A stretch of DNA of 64,000 nucleotides from Chrysomallon squamiferum. Taxonomy: Eukaryota > Animalia > Mollusca. Positions 51,961 to 64,000 of the stretch are shown in pieces. Below the pieces are notes generated by a model, which did not search any database, was not told the origin of the DNA, and saw nothing but the letters and a program-made list of their open reading frames with translations. A program made the translations under genes and the position numbers. The stretch is from the NCBI GenBank assembly GCA_012295275.1, contig CM022679.1, positions 19,778,001 through 19,842,000 on the forward strand, in the 5' to 3' direction. Within the stretch, counting starts at the first letter, position 1; each line of letters begins with the position of its first letter.

Positions 51961-54506
51961 GGATACAAAAATAACATTTGATTACATTTTGCCATTACTG
52001 GTAATTTTACAGAATACGTTAAACTTCTTTTCCTAAATGATGAAGTAAATAAATACATTGTTCATTAAAGACCCAAATGACAGGTTTAAATTATCAACTG
52101 AATTCTGTAGTGTAGAACCAGCCTCAGATTATGAAAGTTATCATATGACTGCCTAACTTTTTATTTATTTTAATTACTTTTCTTACCTTATTTTATTTTA
52201 TATTTTTATATTATTATTATAACCACAGTTGAATGTATAATATATAATACTTTATGAATGGAAAAAGACGAATAAATGATCAAATCTAACTTTAAAATCT
52301 GATGGTGTGCCTCTATCATTTTAATGCCGTGAGACTGATGCTAACTAAAGGCTAATGAACAGGTGACAGTGGATTTGTTTCTGAAATTTGTTACATGGTC
52401 GTTACTCAGTTCAGAAAATGTGTTTCTATTCTTTTAAGATCCTCTCTAACTTTTACAGTTCTTCTCTAAGAAACTTATATCATCAATTATGTAACTTCGT
52501 TTACGAAACATTGAATATAATGTGATATAATTCACACAATATAATTTATATAAATTGGGAGAGAAATTTTATTATATGAAAATTTATAATTAATGCGATT
52601 TGTCACTATTCGGTCTTTTATCACCTTATTTTAAAATATCTAGTAATTATAATGTTTATACAGGCCTTCTTATATTAAAATTAATTAAGATGTACTTTTA
52701 ATTTCTAATAACATACAGAAATAATTTACATTATTAATGGTTTTTAAAACAAATTGCTGTGAATAATCTATTAAAATAATCACTGATTTTCGAAACGCTG
52801 ATAACACTTTTTAGCGCCTCTTACTTATTAAATACGACAATATTTGCAGTTTCTGCAACATGTAACATGATATCGATTGTACATATTGCATATATCGATC
52901 ACTTAGCGGCGATTATTTCAGTAGAAATCAAAGAACGTAAAAATGACTAATGGAAAAGATATGTTAGTTAAGTTACTCGAGAAGTAATCGATACTCTTTT
53001 GTTTCATGTCGCAAGTCCTCTGAAGTGCAGCGCCATTTGCTGCTTGTTATTCTGATACAGACAATTTTGTCGCAAGACAATCTCGCAATAACTTAACATT
53101 TTAAAACACTTATAACCCATTGTGGCATCATGGTATTATGATTATAAATATTTATCATCACAATTTTTCCTTTTATTCATATTTGTTATTACAGATTTAA
53201 AAAATAACGAGGATTACTGATAATCTTCAATTTGTCGTAAAATAATTTAAAATAGTTTATATTAAATAAATAAATAAATATTATCAACTAAAAACAGATA
53301 ATGTTATATTAATTTAATTATTTTCTGTTGATGCCTGTAAATGACGATTCAACTGCTCATAATCTGAACTCCGAATTAAAAGGGGCAAGTCAACTACACA
53401 TTTCGCAAAACAGTTTTACAAGTCGCAGAGGCACAACTTTTTAGTAAATATAACTTTCAAGATGAACCGATTATAAGCATTATCAAAGTAAGAAAGAAAG
53501 AAAGAAAGAAAGAAAAAGGATCGTCATAACAATGGAAGCATTATAAAAGAAACAATAAAATGAAAAATAAACGAACCCTGTGTGATAAATCCCGTATATT
53601 ATAGACTGTCCTTAAAAAGTTCAGAAAATGGATGCATGCATTTTATTTGGATAACATTTTTCTGAAAAGATTCAAAAGAATTAGACCATAAGAAAATTTT
53701 TAATTTTATAAAATTAAAAATATAAAGTGTTTCATGTTTTGCATTCACTATCCAAGATATTCTCTGATTATATGAATAAAATTATCAAAAATTAAAAAGA
53801 AATAAATAACTTTAATTCATAGTAATTATTCTTTCTCAAATAAGTAAAACTGAATTTTATTTCCACTACTAATTTTGAAAAAATAAAATAAAATTCGTTA
53901 AAAGATGTAATTAAACACATTCATATTATTATTATTATTATTATTATTTTAATTTACATCATTTACAGGTCCTCATTTATTTTAAAAGAAAAATTTCTCC
54001 TTTTTTTTCAGTAAAAATAATTTCTTGTTTACATGTTTGCGAGTATGTGCGAGTGTGATAAATTCTGCAGAAAGAAACCTACCGAGTCACAGGGTTTAAA
54101 ACAACATATTTCAAGGTTGGGTGCACATACAGTAATAATAATGGTAATGGTTCGAAAAACAAATGCTTACAAGTCCCTACAGAAAATGTAATAATCTGAG
54201 ATGTTATTATGACCAGCATTTTACATTCTTAATTTTATAACAAGAAATAAAATTTAAATTTGTTTTGTCTTGTGTATTTAATTAGTTTTAATCAACTACT
54301 TTGTACATCAATAGCATATGATGAAAACATGATTTGAAGCAGCCCAATTAAGCAGAGGTGTGCATAGCCCAGTATTCTGACTGTATCGGCATTGGATGTA
54401 TTACTGTGGGCACGTATGAACCCTGCAGAAGGTGATAGTTTGTTCCCAAATATTTCAGGGACCGGAAACTGTCCGTAAATGTTATTATAATGTGGATACT
54501 CAATAT

Positions 54507-54539
<33 letters not shown>

Positions 54540-54869
54540 CATATCTATATACAGATAGATATGGATATAGATAGATACATAGATATATAGATATATGAGG
54601 CAAACAGTACTTATGATTTATACATAAATTTAGAAGTTTTGAAATAATAAATTTATCTATATACTTTTCATTATTTAGCATTGTTTAAAAATATAATTAA
54701 AGAGATAATTGGTTGTCATTTTTGCAATTTTGGAAAGTCGTCGCTGACTGGTTTTGGCAGTCATGTGAAATATCGCTGAATGCTCAGTTTGGTTGATAAT
54801 ATTGCTTGTTGTTATTTTAACCTAACTCAGTAACTGCGACCTCTGAATTTAATAATTACGAGAACCAGT

Positions 54870-54920
54870 CTTGCTAACCGGAACTACTCTGACTTGATCA
54901 TCTCGCGTCCATGGTTACAG
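54870..54920 (+). promoter_or_regulatory. Candidate IQCK promoter with RFX X-box-like motif (gcgtccatggttac) and ETS-like ccggaa
   Basis: About 160-200 bp upstream of the ATG at 55080, in CpG-retaining DNA; resembles GTNNCCATGGNAAC. Confidence 0.4.
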
Positions 54921-55079
54921 TGTCTCTTCATTAAAAAGAATAACAAAAAAATTATCTTTTCTTCTAACAAAAATGCAAATAATTAATAAATAATCTTATT
55001 TAGTTATTGTTATTTCATAACTTAACGTATGTAATATTAATTATTCTATGAATGAGTCGGCAGCTTAGTTCAGATAAAG

Positions 55080-58000
55080 ATGTCGGTTATAACCACAGTT
55101 CCTGAACCGAATATTTGGGAAGAAATATGCAAAGGTAAATAGAAATTTATAATACAAAATAATAGTTGTTTATGAAAAATAATAGTTGTTATATATCTGC
55201 ATCTTCACTTGTTGTTGTTGTTAGTGATCGAAAGAAAATACTTTGCGTTAAAGTTACCAACCTAAATAGTATAAGGATTATACATTATTAAAGGTGTAAG
55301 TTATTCTTTCTAATCTGATAACAAAACACCCCCCCAAAAAAAAAAAAGAAAAAAAACCCCCATATAAATGTAATCAAACTGAAAAATAGACGGCAAGGTG
55401 CTTGTTTAATCATAGGAGAAACATTATGGCTTGATGAAAGAAAATGGATAATAGAAGTTTTGACAGATATGCATGTTTAATCATTTTTTCTATGTCTGTA
55501 TGTATGTATGGTTATTCAACGTTTGTGTGTGTGTGTGTAAATAAACTTGTTATGCCTATTTGTGTATTTATGGATCTGTGAATAAGTAGAAGACAACTGT
55601 ATTACTACTGAATACTTTTTTTTAAATCATGAATATAAGGAATCTGGCAATAGTTATATTTAAAAAATCACTCATGTTACTGATTATTATTTTTTTTTTT
55701 TGTTCAGAATTTGCTTCCCGACAACCAGATTATCAAGATGATGATGCTCAGTCTGTAAAAACAGACTACAGTGACTATGATCCTGCACGACACCATCCAG
55801 CATTTTATGGGCCTCTGCATGAGAAAGTTAATGTGGACAGTGACATGCTGGCAGAGATAGATCCTGCAATAAGCCACCCTGCTTGTGTCGGTTTTGTGTT
55901 CAGAGAAAAGCCACCAAGGGCTACACCTCCTCCTTCACCACCACCCCCTGACAAAAACCTGTGTAAAATCAAAATTTTAATATTTTAAAAATGTTCATGC
56001 ATTTTTATTTGCATTATAAATGTTATTAACTTACAGGTTTTTTTTAATGTAAATCTATATGTTTGTATTTCATTGATTTTTATTCGTTAAGCTGGAAAAA
56101 AAGAAGTAAAAGTTCATAGAATATATTAACATTTGTCTGCAGATTTATTTAATGATTAGTTTAATTGTAGTTCTGTTATTTTGTATAAAATTAATTTACT
56201 TTCAGGTGCACCTCGTGTCTATTTGGAACATTATATATTTCCTGTCTTGCTACCAATACTGGAAGCAATGTTAAAGCAAGCAAGGATTGAAAAATGTTTT
56301 GAGGTGAGATATGATTAGAAGAAAGGAAATATTTTATTTAACAGTGTACATGAAAACACATTTTTAACCTATCACACATGCAGATAAAGAAAGAGAACAC
56401 CTGCTGCTGTTTCAAGCTGAGCTATTGTTTTTATATTAGCAGCACAGAGATTTAGGTAATAACCATTTGTGTTAGGATTCTTAAAAGGAGTTTTTTTGTT
56501 GATTGCTTACTTCTTATAATCTTTGGATGCTGATAATTTCAGGATTTGCTGGCAATAATTTCCATTATTCAAAAAAAAATTACAAACAAATACAGCATCA
56601 GTATCTAATAATTAATCCACATTCAAAGTTATCTTCGGTAAACCATAATTTTCTCAAAATTACTTAATATATGTATATAATGTATAATTTTTTTCTCAGA
56701 GGAAGAGAACCAAGTTCAATGCTTTAGACTTCATAACAGAACATTTATACAAGTAAGTTCATATCAATTTAAATTTTTATAATATTCATCAATTCTCACA
56801 TTTTAAAAAATATTACTGGGGAAAAATTTGAAGTTGTATTTTCATTAATGTCAAAGGAATTTATATCAAGGAATAAAAAGGACATAATGTATTGAAATTA
56901 TTTTAATTTGATCCAGATTTTTGTTTAGTTATGATTATGATAATAGGTGATGAACATAATTTTACAAGCTATTTTGTTTATTAACTTTTCGAACCATAAT
57001 TTTAGTCTGTATACATACATTTCAAGAATGATATTTTAATTACAGAGCTTTCTAAATGTTTTCTATGAATATAAAATATGTTGTTTAAAGTAATCCTCAC
57101 TTAGTGTTCTGTATTTTTCATATATATTTTGTATAACCTGTTTCCTTCATATTTAGAAATAATCCTAAATACACTAATAGAAAAGAGGTTGATCTTTGGG
57201 ATATTCCTTTTGTACAAGAATGGATCAAGGATCAGTGAGTGCTTACTTCCATTTTTGTTTCATTTAAACTGTTTTCTAAACACTGTGACTTTAATACCTC
57301 TACTTCTAACACCTGGAAATCCATTTACCAACAATATATATCTCGCTATTCTTTATTGACAGTCTTAGCTAACATTTATTTTATTTAAAATCAAAATTTG
57401 TTTTGCCTCATGGTAATCTGATACAATTGTTGTAATATGCTTTTGTGTTTCTTTCCACAGTCCTCGTCCACCATTGCCAAAGTCTCTGATTTGGACAGAA
57501 GAAGAAGCAGCACTCATAATTCAGTCTTTCTGGAGAGGATATATTGTAAGTATATTTTCTCACAGATGTCTGTTATTAAAGTAAAAAATTTCTAATATTT
57601 TGTTGAAAAAAGATGATTAAATTTTGTTTTTATATCATAAATTTTAAAATGTATAAAAAGCTTTATCAATTATTGTCTGTTTCCTTGTTGAATTATTTAT
57701 GTCTGAATATTTTATTTCTGAATTACTGAGATATCAGGCCAGATAAAATACTGTAAAATAACATTCTCTGGTTAAACAGATATTTGTTTTTTTATAAATT
57801 GCTGTTGGCTTTTGAAAACTGTTTCGACTAATAATTTCTTTAAGCTTCTTGTTCGTCACATTTAAACACACTTTTTTATGCATGACAGTTAAAAATATAT
57901 AAACATTTGTACAAAAATACAAATTAAAGATACAACTTTATAAATAATACAATCTACCAAAATTTGCAGGTGAGGCGTGAACCTGAAATTCAAGAGCTTC

Positions 58001-58182
58001 GAATATGGCAGAAAGAATGGAGAGAGATAAATCGTGGTATTCAGTCTCGTGTCAGTGATTTCTGGGAGAAACGAATGCCAGATTGGGATAAACCAACACC
58101 CAACCTCTCTGAAGTGGAAGTTACAGAAGAAAAACCCTCAGTGTTTTCTCCTCTCCTTGAATACACAGCAAAACATCAATAG
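55080..58182 (+). CDS. IQCK: IQ domain-containing protein K, 7 exons
   Basis: Exons 55080-55134, 55708-55962, 56206-56303 (CAPRVYLEHYIFPVLLP..EKCFE), 56700-56752 (RKRTKFNALDF), 57157-57234, 57461-57545 (PRPPLPKSL..EEEAALIIQSFWRG, IQ motif), 57970-58182 (VRREPEIQELRIWQK, stop). Closely matches human IQCK motifs as recalled. Confidence 0.92.
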
Positions 58183-60431
58183 CTGTTGTCTTTTAGCACT
58201 GTATGTTAAATGAAGAATGTGAGGTTATTAAAATTTTAAAATGGAAGTGAAAGAATTATATAAAGTACCACTGCAATCTAAATACTTAAAAAAATATTTG
58301 TTATATTTAAAAAAATGGTACAAATATGGAAACAGGTAATAATCAGTTTATACAAATGTTTGATTTTATTTGTTTGCATTGTTAAACTTACCATAAATTG
58401 AAATTCTAAAAAAAAAAAAAAAATCAAACAGTTTGAAATATTCAGTAATTTTGTCTCCATTAGCTTCTCTATGTTCAGACATGTGTGTTAATTTATACTT
58501 ATTTGTAAAATTATGTTGAAAATATGTACACTGTAATTATGTATTAATATAAAAGTGAAGAAAAACAAACGTTTCTTATTCACTGTACATATAAATATTT
58601 TTGTGTGTGACTGGAATCATGTAGAACTAAGTAATTTGAAAATACACTGTAATTATTAACCATATTTTTTATTTATTTATTTGTTGTTTTTTTTTAAACT
58701 ATAAAATGCATACCACAGAGTAAAGACACAACATATCGTAAAACTGGAAGGTGTACAATTAATGCCAAAACTAATGTAATGTAAAATATGAATGAACATG
58801 TATCAACATTTTTACTATTTACATTTGTTTTTGACTGATATAACATGACTTAAAAGCTCAAGTCATAATCCAGCATTTCATAAAATTAGTTTAAATATTT
58901 CAATGACTTAGATCACAAAAGCAAGGCTTACATGCACTTTGAAAACAAAAACAAAACAATGTAAATATTTATATTTATTTATTATACTGCATATTTTTAA
59001 TAATAAACATAGTACAATATTACAGTAAATAACAAATAATGCAACCATCTGAAAAATATATATAAATATAATACAAAATCTATTTATTAGGGTAATAAAA
59101 CATTTAACAAAAACACAGCAGTAACTAAAGGGAGATAATTCTTGTTTTGTTGATAGGAGGTACAGAATTTCTGATTCATTTTGGCACACCTCAAACTCCC
59201 CTACACACAGCAAAACAACAAAGATTTGTTAACAGAATGAACCCTTTGTCAGTTATATATTGCATATAAAGGGTTTCATCATAAAGCTGTATATTTTGTT
59301 TCTTAATGAAAAATGAATGTGCAAAGACCAGTATATAAGGTTCATCTTTTTCAAAAATTATAAATGACTGTTCTTGATTTACATGCTCAAAAGAGCATTG
59401 TATTGGGGAGTTGTTGTGAATTGATAAATAGAAGTAAAATGTGCTTGCATCTCAGACTGTCAAGATTTTCATTATTATGTTTATTTTCTTTTTCACTATT
59501 GTTTTACCTTTCAGTCAATAAAATAACATGTTGACCTTGTAACTTTACTGTCATACTTTATTATAAAAAGACTGAATGCATGAAAAAAAGAAATAAACAA
59601 TTACATGTATCTAATAAAAGCAGTCCATGTTTTCACATATTGAAACTTAGTACTGTAACACGAATAAGGTAAAAATAACTGAGCAAAAATTAATTCAAGA
59701 TATAAAAAAGCTTAATTTAGCACTTTTATGATCTTGGATGCATAGTTAATGTCAATACTAAATGCTATAATTTTTAAACTGTAAAATATACTTAAATATA
59801 AAAATATAACAAATCGAGACTTGTGGACAAACAGTATCTTCATAATGTGTTTTAAGTAACTTCAAAGTATTATTGACATACCTTTTAAAAATTAATAAAT
59901 TAAATAAAAAATGTCAGAAAATAAATTGAATCCTTTAGTAAATAATTTAATCATTTTAACTAAGTTGAACTGTCTGATATAATGTTTATGACTAGAAAAT
60001 ATCAATATCATTTAACAGCATTTATTCTTTAATAGCCATTGATGTATTTTTAACCAACTCTGACTCCAGTAGTCTTGGTTGTATATCCTTTCCATTAAAA
60101 AAAAGAAAACATAACAACTTAAATATCCGTCTTAAGCCAAAGACAGGTTAAATAAATAAATTTATAAGAAAATTATTTAATTTAAACACTGAAGATCAGT
60201 TCTGAAAATTCCAAGCAATAAATTGTTATTAGCTTTTACTGATTCTGAATTTATTTCACAAAATAAAAAATTATGGAAATATACACTTTTTTTTTTTTTT
60301 TTTTTTAAGTTTGTTACCTACAATTCAGTGATTTTTTTGTTTTTGATAATGATGATATTTTTAATTATAAACTTTTTTATATCTCACTGTAACATCAAAC
60401 ATAATACTTCAATCTGTCAATGGTAGAAAAA

Positions 60432-60960
60432 TCACAAAAGTCCAAGTTCCAGTTTGACAAACATCTTTAGTGATGGATTTTCTATTTTTTCAACTAGCCA
60501 GTTTTGCAGCATTATCTCCATCATTGTAATATTCTTTTAAAGCTTCGCCATAAGCTATCCAAACACAATTAGCACATCCACTCATACAACAGTCCACTGG
60601 AGGTTCTGGTGGGGGACCCTTTCCCGGAATTACACCCACTGTCATAATGGGGGTTTCTTCAGGAGCATGCTCTGTGACAGTGTGGACAGATGGATCAAAC
60701 TGCTTGTCAAAATCATCACTGACTGCTGACTCAATACATTTCATGTGTTTCTCAAGAGTTAAGCAATATGGTCTTGTTATCTGATACTGGTTCAGCAGCA
60801 TCTCAAAATTTGTATATGCAGATAACACATTTCCATTGCTTTTTGACAATTTTGTTTTAGTAATCAGTGAGAAGTGGCACAGAGGATAATAAGCAAAAGG
60901 AGACTTCAGAAACAAATGTGTTTTCAGTCCACATGTTGTGCCATGACAGAGCTTCTGCAT
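60432..60960 (-). CDS. OXLD1: Oxidoreductase-like domain-containing protein 1; single coding exon with an apparent 1-nt insertion near 60495
   Basis: [19 protein letters not shown] signature; basic N-terminal extension; the conserved-looking end [20 protein letters not shown] lies in the +1 frame; acceptor at 61072 implies an upstream non-coding exon. Confidence 0.85.
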
Positions 60961-61349
60961 TATCAAGTTTTAAGAATTAACTGTCAAATCTGTTCCAAAA
61001 ATTAAACATTTGAAAATGTACAGTGGTAACATAATTAATATCAAAAATGTCTGCTGAGGCATTGTTAATTCCTGAAGATAACACATAATTTTCCAATTTA
61101 TTTACTTGAATGTACAATATGTATATTAATAAATAAAAATAATATATATACACAAAATGAAATAAGCTATTTATTATTTTTGAAATAAACTTTAAAGGCT
61201 ACTAAATACTAACATACACTAGGATCCTCAACACACGAAATAATTTATTTGTACTTTCCTCTCCAATGCAGAAGAATTGGTGAGCAAGACAGTAAGTTGA
61301 ATAACATAGTAACTGATTATTTAGGAATATCCACTTTCAAAAACAAACT

Positions 61350-62460
61350 GTTTAAATGATGAAGAACTTAACGAAACGAAGATCTACGCTTCTCGTGATA
61401 CCTCAAACATTTTTCTAAATTTAAAATGAAAAGCATAAAAATTAATAACTATGTATGGATCCTATTTAAAGAATTTTTGTGAGAGGACTCAGAACAGTCA
61501 CCTTCGATCCTCAACAAGCATCTGCTCTTCTTTTATATAAGGTGTATTGATATAAGATTAATTAGATACATATCAAGAGATAATACATTTCAGCTAAAAC
61601 ATAGATAAAGCAAAATATTTTACATATAATATGGAATAAAAACTAAATATACACCTTGTTCGTTGTAACTTGTTCTTATTGTAAACAATATCACGTGACC
61701 GGCTGCCTAAAATTCTGAACTCTTTACGGAATGGATTTTCAAACGATATTTTGTGTACGTAAACGTTCACAAATGGGTGCATCAATTTTTTGTAACTTAA
61801 ACGAATAAAAATAACATAAGACACAATATCTCTTTATCGTTGTGGCATTTATATTGTTTTATTTTTAACATGTAAAAGTGAAAAATTAACTTACGAAGTT
61901 TTACGTAATTAGTTTGTTTTAAATATTAATTAACTATACGCCTACGGTATACCTATATGATATATCTCTACATACGTATCACAGCATTATTAGTATATCA
62001 AGATATAATTACTAAAAATGTGCGAACATCCACAAAACTGTGTTTTAATATCAACATTCTTCTTATTTTGTGAACGGCAGTCTTACAACCTAGTTTTGTC
62101 TCTTCACATGGTACAATATCATGAATATGAATCAGCAGCGTGCAAAAATTTAGAAAAATTATAAAAGTAATAAATAAATAAATAAATATTTTCATTTATT
62201 TATTTTTAGGTTTACACGACAGGTTGAGCAACTATTCATGAAAGTAACATTATGAAAAATAAATATTTACATGTATCGTAAGAAGTTTATTTTCGTTTCG
62301 GTGTTTAAAGCGAACATATTTGTTAAAACAAAATACAACAGAATAACCCATGCTCGCGCCACTACTGGCTGCTTTGACCAATCACCGGTTGATGTTCACA
62401 GAGGTGTATATTATTTATATTGTTGTAACTTGTTGATGTAGTGTTCCGCTATTTTACTGC
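61350..62460. promoter_or_regulatory. Divergent promoter region OXLD1 / PRKDC
   Basis: CpG-retaining DNA between head-to-head genes; E-box tcacgtgac ~61691; E2F-like tcgcgcc ~62354; CCAAT ~62378. Confidence 0.5.
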
Positions 62461-62461
62461 A

Positions 62462-63658
62462 ATGGCAAGACTGTTAGAAGATAGTTTGAGGACACTTCAA
62501 CAGTTGCAACAGGACCATGGGTTGTCGTCTGTTGAAAATATCAGTTCAGTCATAGGAGACATTTCCCAGATTATTTTGAACGAAACATCTGGCAAAGACA
62601 ACGGTAACTGTTTTTGACATGAGCCTGACGAAGCTTCATAATAAATAATAATGAGGAAATGGCTGCAATATTATTATAGAGGATTTTCATTGTCAAAACA
62701 AAGAAATACCCTTTTATTTATTTATTATACTTTGTATTTTTATTTATTTATTTATTTATTTTTATTTTATTTATTTTTATTTTTATTTTTATTTATTTAT
62801 TTGTTTATTTTAATTTTTGACTTTTGGTTTCATTTATACAACTATTAAAAAACAAAATGCTGGCCACACACATACAAACCAGAAAATGAAAAAAAAAAAA
62901 AAAAATGATATAAGGTATTAACTAGAAATTGATTTAAGAAAAAAAGAGAAAAAAAGAACAACAACTATTATATATTAATAATAAAAATAATAAAATCTGT
63001 TAGGGAATAAGTGATTGACAGAAAAATATTAAGATAAAATCCATATTATCCCAAATTAATTATTGTAATTATTCTGAGTTGTGATCTTTTGTTTCAGATT
63101 ACTGCTGCTCTCTCCTTTTTGACAAAGAGATAGGAATTGTTTCATTTCTGAAAGCTGTAGTTGTCAGAGAAGAGGTAAGAGACTATGACACTCCCTAAAT
63201 CAAGTGTCTTAGTTTTACAGTGAGTTTTCCCCTGTCATCTCAGCTGTAGGTAGTTCTTGCTCCTTTAGATCAAAGGTTAACTGTACCAAATTAACTACAG
63301 CTGATCTGGTTTTCTGAAATCATATTATATTGTTTGCAATAAGGATTTATTATTTTTGATAACTCTTGTATGAGGGCATTAAGTTATTCCATTGTTCCTT
63401 CACAAGTTTCTTTAACTCTGTTCTTGTCACTTTTCTACCAAGTCGAAAAATAGCAGCTGACAGCAACCTTCACTGGAATATTACAAAAATATTTTATTTT
63501 ATGGCTTTTTATGTTGTTTCACCATTGAAGAAATAAATGTGTATCATTGCAATCTGTGATTTCAGTTACAAAACTGTAAAACTGCCTTGTTGGATCTTCT
63601 TAGTGCGTTTCTACAGAAAGTTGATAAGAAGATTAAGTGTTATCTTCTTGACATAAAG
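62462..63658 (+). CDS. PRKDC: DNA-dependent protein kinase catalytic subunit, first 3 exons (gene continues beyond the window)
   Basis: Exons 62462-62603 (MARLLEDSLRTLQ..), 63098-63174 (DYCCSLLFDKEIGIVSFLK, 77 nt), 63566-63658 (LQNCKTALLDLLSAFLQKVDKKIKCYLLDIK, 93 nt); resembles the human N-terminus ([44 protein letters not shown]) as recalled. Confidence 0.8.
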
Positions 63659-64000
63659 GTATTCACGTAGTTACTTAACATTTAAATCTGATATGAATAA
63701 TATAGATTAATTTAGTAACTGATGAAAAATAAATAAATGAAGTTATAACTGAAAAACTTTATAAAAAGACAATACACATAATAGTTACCTGATTTTATAT
63801 TAGCATAACCAATGTTATTTTGCTCATTTCACCTTTTATTCTTACCTTAATTTTGAAATTATTATCGTAATTTTTTTCATCTCATTTTATTAAAAAATAT
63901 TTAGATTTAATTTTTTTTTTTTTTTTCACATTTTCACAGTTCTTTGTTTAGAGTTAGAAACTTTAAATAAAATTAAAATGTTCATATGCTTTCAATAAAT

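Noticed and set aside
54292-54681. Minus-strand ORFs (e.g. FRSLKYLGTNYHLLQGSYVPT..)
   Set aside because: No recognisable motif or partner exons; partly microsatellite. Cannot be excluded without RNA data.

Overview
AT-rich, microsatellite-dense metazoan DNA with short spliceosomal introns; an octopod cephalopod or other mollusc is my inference from composition and repeats, not proven. Five genes were reconstructed by hand from splice sites and frame continuity: (1) a synaptotagmin-15-like gene (+, 999-5991, first exon not located); (2) a giant non-classical cadherin (-, 51201-12602; 62 coding exons, about 3,400 aa; signal peptide, about 30 EC repeats, membrane-adjacent domain, TM, short tail) whose N-terminus resembles PCDH15 rather than Fat or CDH23; (3) IQCK (+, 55080-58182); (4) OXLD1 (-, 60960-60432); (5) the first three exons of PRKDC/DNA-PKcs (+, from 62462). 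Introns hold a Tigger/pogo deletion derivative, a TIR element with a rearranged relative, and minisatellites. Most notable observations: four independent tandem arrays built from exon-intron junctions, which multiply splice sites (one consists of 68-nt GT..AG units); the PCDH15-headed 30-repeat cadherin with a furin-like site; two single-base insertions that break conserved frames (probably assembly errors); and a GC-AG intron.
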